A program made the position numbers and the translations under genes. This document shows positions 36,719 through 39,375 of a stretch of 39,375 bases of DNA, piece after piece. Where the stretch lies: NCBI GenBank assembly GCA_938073925.1, contig CALJGH010000125.1, positions 1-39,375 of the forward strand. The letters are read 5' to 3'. Below the pieces are notes generated by a model. The model worked only from the letters and a program-made list of their open reading frames with translations, was not told the DNA's origin and ran no database searches. Origin of the DNA: an uncultured Nitrospinaceae bacterium (GTDB lineage: Bacteria; Nitrospinota; Nitrospinia; Nitrospinales; VA-1). Within the stretch, counting starts at the first letter, position 1. Each line of letters opens with the position of its first letter.

Positions 36719-36747
36719 TTGACAAAAGTCAATAAATTCATTAAGTT
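36719..36747 (+). promoter_or_regulatory. sigma-70-type promoter candidate for the secretion/pilus cluster
   Basis: TTGACA (36719-36724), a 17-nt spacer, then TAAGTT (36742-36747). This is ~27 nt upstream of the GTG at 36774. Confidence 0.4.
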
Positions 36748-36773
36748 AGATAGAGTGAACTTGAGGGTAATCT

Positions 36774-37538
36774 GTGCCCGTGAATAAATATTTACCAGCG
36801 ATCAATCTATTTTTTGTCCTCACCATCGCTGTTATTACAACATTGTCAGTCAAAATCTGGACACACCCCACTTATCCAACCCGAGTCGATGGGGCATCTG
36901 TGGTGGGATCGCCAAAATCCCTGAATAAATTGACAGTTAGCCGACTTGGAGGCAATGCAGGAACGGTATCTCAGGTGGTGCAAGGGAATATTTTTCGCAG
37001 GCAAAGAAGGGAGTATATTCCCCCTCCAACAGCCCGACCCATTGTACCATCCGTTGCCAGCAAGCCTGCCTTGCCACCGCCGAACCTGGTTTTGAAAGGC
37101 ATTCTGATGCTGGGCGGCACAAAAATTGCTATCTTAGAGGGTAATTACTGGACTTTTCAAGGAAACCAAAAGGTGAAAAAGAAAGTTAAGAAAAGGGGCT
37201 ATTCTTTGGGACAAATTGTAGGGGATTTTGAGTTGACCGAAATAGATAAAACCAGTGTCACCCTAAATGATAAAAATGGGCGTGGGGTTCGATTGCGTTT
37301 GGCTAAACGCTCTCCCGAAAAAATCATTCATAGAGAGGGGACTGTTTTTTTTCAAAAAAATAAAAAGTATGATCCGAGAAAATTCAAAGCCACTCCTGTC
37401 AAGAATCGCCCGACAAGAACCACTACGGCACAACCAAAAGCCAAGCCAACTGCACTTGCCCCGGCTCCAGCCCCTGTGTTCAGGATTTCGGGAGCAAAAA
37501 CACCTGCACCTGCTGCCGTTCATATTTCAGGAAGATAA
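36774..37538 (+). CDS. bitopic inner-membrane protein, GspC/PilP-like (putative secretion-system accessory protein)
   Basis: A GTG start lies 6 nt after GAGGG. An N-terminal TM helix is present. A small beta domain (LVLKGILMLGGTKIAILEGN ... YSLGQIVGDFELTEIDKTSVTL) resembles the GspC HR / PilP fold pattern. The tail is basic and Pro/Ala-rich, with no PDZ domain. It sits immediately upstream of the GspE/PilB gene. Confidence 0.4.
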   Translation: MPVNKYLPAINLFFVLTIAVITTLSVKIWTHPTYPTRVDGASVVGSPKSLNKLTVSRLGGNAGTVSQVVQGNIFRRQRREYIPPPTARPIVPSVASKPALPPPNLVLKGILMLGGTKIAILEGNYWTFQGNQKVKKKVKKRGYSLGQIVGDFELTEIDKTSVTLNDKNGRGVRLRLAKRSPEKIIHREGTVFFQKNKKYDPRKFKATPVKNRPTRTTTAQPKAKPTALAPAPAPVFRISGAKTPAPAAVHISGR

Positions 37539-37544
37539 ATTGTC

Positions 37545-39254
37545 ATGTTGAAAAAAGTTGATCCAGTTGAGCGAATTTTACTCCGCCATAAAAAGATTTC
37601 AGAAAAGGTTTTGCAGGAAGTCAAAACCAACAACCTGCATTCCCATAACTTTTTAGGAAAAACTTTGGTTGACCATGGTTATATCCATACCCAAACGTTA
37701 CTGGAAACCCTAGGTGCCGAGTTACGCTTGCCGTATATCAAAAAAGATCAATTTCCAAAGTCTGGCTTGCCTGTCGAGGGCCTGTCGATATCAGATACTT
37801 TTTTAAGAGAGAAAGTTATCCTTCCATTGCAACTCAAGGACGACACCTTGATCATTGCCGTTTTCGATCCATTCGACCAATACACGATTGAAGATTTAAA
37901 AGTTTCTCTTGGGAAAAACATCCGAGTTGTCTTAAGCGGCGAGCAGGATATTTTGGAATCTATCGAAGCGCACTATGGCGAAGGAGGCAGTTCGGCCATG
38001 GATCGCATGGTCGACAACATCAACGATGAAGATCTACATGGCTTAGATTCGCTTGATGAGAGCACGGAACATATTCGCGACATGGCTTCCGAGGCTCCTG
38101 TCATTAAACTGGTGAATCACATCATCAGTGAAGCGATTGAGTCGCGTGCCAGTGACATCCATTTGGAACCTTTTGATGACGAGCTTCTTTTAAGATATAG
38201 GATTGATGGCATTCTTCACGAATTTGATCATCCACCAAAACGCCTGAGTTCTGCAATCACGACCCGTATAAAAATTATGGCAAAGATGGATATTTCCGAA
38301 CGCCGACTACCTCAGGATGGGAGAATTAAACTAAAAATTCTGGGCAAAGATATCGACATGCGTGTTTCCACTCTGCCGACTTTATACGGTGAAAGTGTGG
38401 TCATGAGGATACTCGATCGCGGAAGCCTAGTACTGGACCTCAGCCAAATGGGGTTTCCCGAAAAGATACTCAGTCAACTCGAAGAGTTGATTCGTAAACC
38501 CTATGGCAAAATGCTGGTAACCGGTCCCACAGGTAGCGGCAAAACTACCACGCTTTATGCCGCCCTGAGCCAGATCAACACACCTGACAAAAAAATAATC
38601 ACCATTGAAGACCCCGTGGAATATCAAATGCGCGGGATCAACCAGATCCATGTAAAATCGCAGATCGGTCTAAACTTCGCTGGCGGGTTACGATCCATAG
38701 TGAGGCAGGATCCAGATGTGATCATGGTTGGTGAGATTCGTGACCCTGAAACAGCTGATATTTCGATTCAGGCCGCTCTGACAGGGCATCTTGTTTTTAG
38801 CACCGTTCACACCAACGATGCAGCAGGTGCAATCACGAGACTCCTCGATATGGGAATCGAAAATTTCCTAATTTCATCGGCACTATTAGGTGTGCTCGCT
38901 CAAAGACTGGTGCGCGTCATTTGCCCGGATTGCAAAGAAGAAACTACATTAACCCCAATCCTTCGTACAGAGATGGGGCAGTTGGGAAAAGAAGATATCA
39001 AAGTTTATCGTGGTAAAGGCTGTAAAGCCTGCAGTAACACAGGATTTCGAGGCAGATGTGGAATTTATGAACTGCTGGTTATTGATGATAATATTCGAGA
39101 ACTCGTATTAAAAAAATCAACCGCGCAAACTATCTGCGATCAAGCACGACAAACCGGCATGAGAACCTTGAGAGAAGACGGCTGGGACAAAGTGATAAAA
39201 GGCATCACTACCGTTGAAGAAATTCTCCGCGTCACCTTGAGTGATCGAAACTAG
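37545..39254 (+). CDS. type II secretion / type IV pilus assembly ATPase (GspE/PilB family)
   Basis: 569 aa. It has an N-terminal T2SSE_N-type domain, Walker A GPTGSGKTT, Walker B DPDVIMVGEIRD, the His box TGHLVFSTVHTN, and the tetracysteine motif CPDC ... CKAC. Confidence 0.95.
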   Translation: MLKKVDPVERILLRHKKISEKVLQEVKTNNLHSHNFLGKTLVDHGYIHTQTLLETLGAELRLPYIKKDQFPKSGLPVEGLSISDTFLREKVILPLQLKDDTLIIAVFDPFDQYTIEDLKVSLGKNIRVVLSGEQDILESIEAHYGEGGSSAMDRMVDNINDEDLHGLDSLDESTEHIRDMASEAPVIKLVNHIISEAIESRASDIHLEPFDDELLLRYRIDGILHEFDHPPKRLSSAITTRIKIMAKMDISERRLPQDGRIKLKILGKDIDMRVSTLPTLYGESVVMRILDRGSLVLDLSQMGFPEKILSQLEELIRKPYGKMLVTGPTGSGKTTTLYAALSQINTPDKKIITIEDPVEYQMRGINQIHVKSQIGLNFAGGLRSIVRQDPDVIMVGEIRDPETADISIQAALTGHLVFSTVHTNDAAGAITRLLDMGIENFLISSALLGVLAQRLVRVICPDCKEETTLTPILRTEMGQLGKEDIKVYRGKGCKACSNTGFRGRCGIYELLVIDDNIRELVLKKSTAQTICDQARQTGMRTLREDGWDKVIKGITTVEEILRVTLSDRN

Positions 39255-39310
39255 ACAAAAGAAAGTCATAGAACAAACGTAAAATCTAAAAAATCCTATA
39301 AAGGCAAACC

Positions 39311-39375
39311 ATGACGGTTTATACCTATAAAGCCACGGATAAAAACGGCACATATGTAGAAGGCAATATTAGCGC
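39311..39375 (+). CDS. GspF/PilC-family platform protein, 5' end only
   Basis: The ATG at 39311 follows AAAGG. MTVYTYKATDKNGTYVEGNIS matches the usual GspF/PilC N-terminus (Y.Y.A.d..G....G.i). It is truncated by the window edge. Confidence 0.7.
   Translation, partial: MTVYTYKATDKNGTYVEGNIS

Noticed and set aside
37286-37294. A GGTTCGATT tRNA T-loop-like sequence.
   Set aside because: It lies inside the well-framed 36774-37538 CDS. I could not build a flanking acceptor, D or anticodon stem. I recognised no tRNA anywhere in the window.

Overview
This 39.4-kb window looks like chromosome from a moderately AT-rich diderm bacterium; I cannot fix the taxon from sequence alone. It is gene-dense and mostly housekeeping. 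The + strand carries lpdA, a reduced DnaJ-like chaperone, a long-form UbiD-family decarboxylase, uvrA, the block holB / PSP1(RicT-like) / metG / TatD, a DUF423 protein, a four-gene SPFH / DUF4175-like / HExxH-TPR / MoxR module, and the start of a GspE/PilB-GspF secretion or pilus cluster. The - strand carries a DUF1566 pair, an orphan Opp/Dpp permease pair, a complete nine-gene F1Fo ATP synthase operon (atpZ-like, B, E, F, H, A, G, D, C), a 2x[4Fe-4S] ferredoxin, and a tightly coupled operon of anchored beta-sandwich protein, ppiC, msrA and di-haem cytochrome c peroxidase. I found no rRNA, tRNA, CRISPR array, transposase or integrase. The best candidate for an undescribed system is the SPFH / giant coiled-coil membrane protein / secreted metallopeptidase-TPR / MoxR module at 29403-36074, which lacks the DUF58/VWA partners that MoxR ATPases normally have. 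Other notable items: a single-ORF TatD-radical SAM fusion; a perfect sigma-54 promoter driving only a 49-codon ORF; two gene relics (an FGE/SUMF1 fragment and the last ~49 codons of a methyl-accepting chemotaxis protein with its terminator intact); and a palindromic sigma-54-like element between two divergent envelope operons. All family assignments come from motifs read by eye in the supplied translations. No database search was run.
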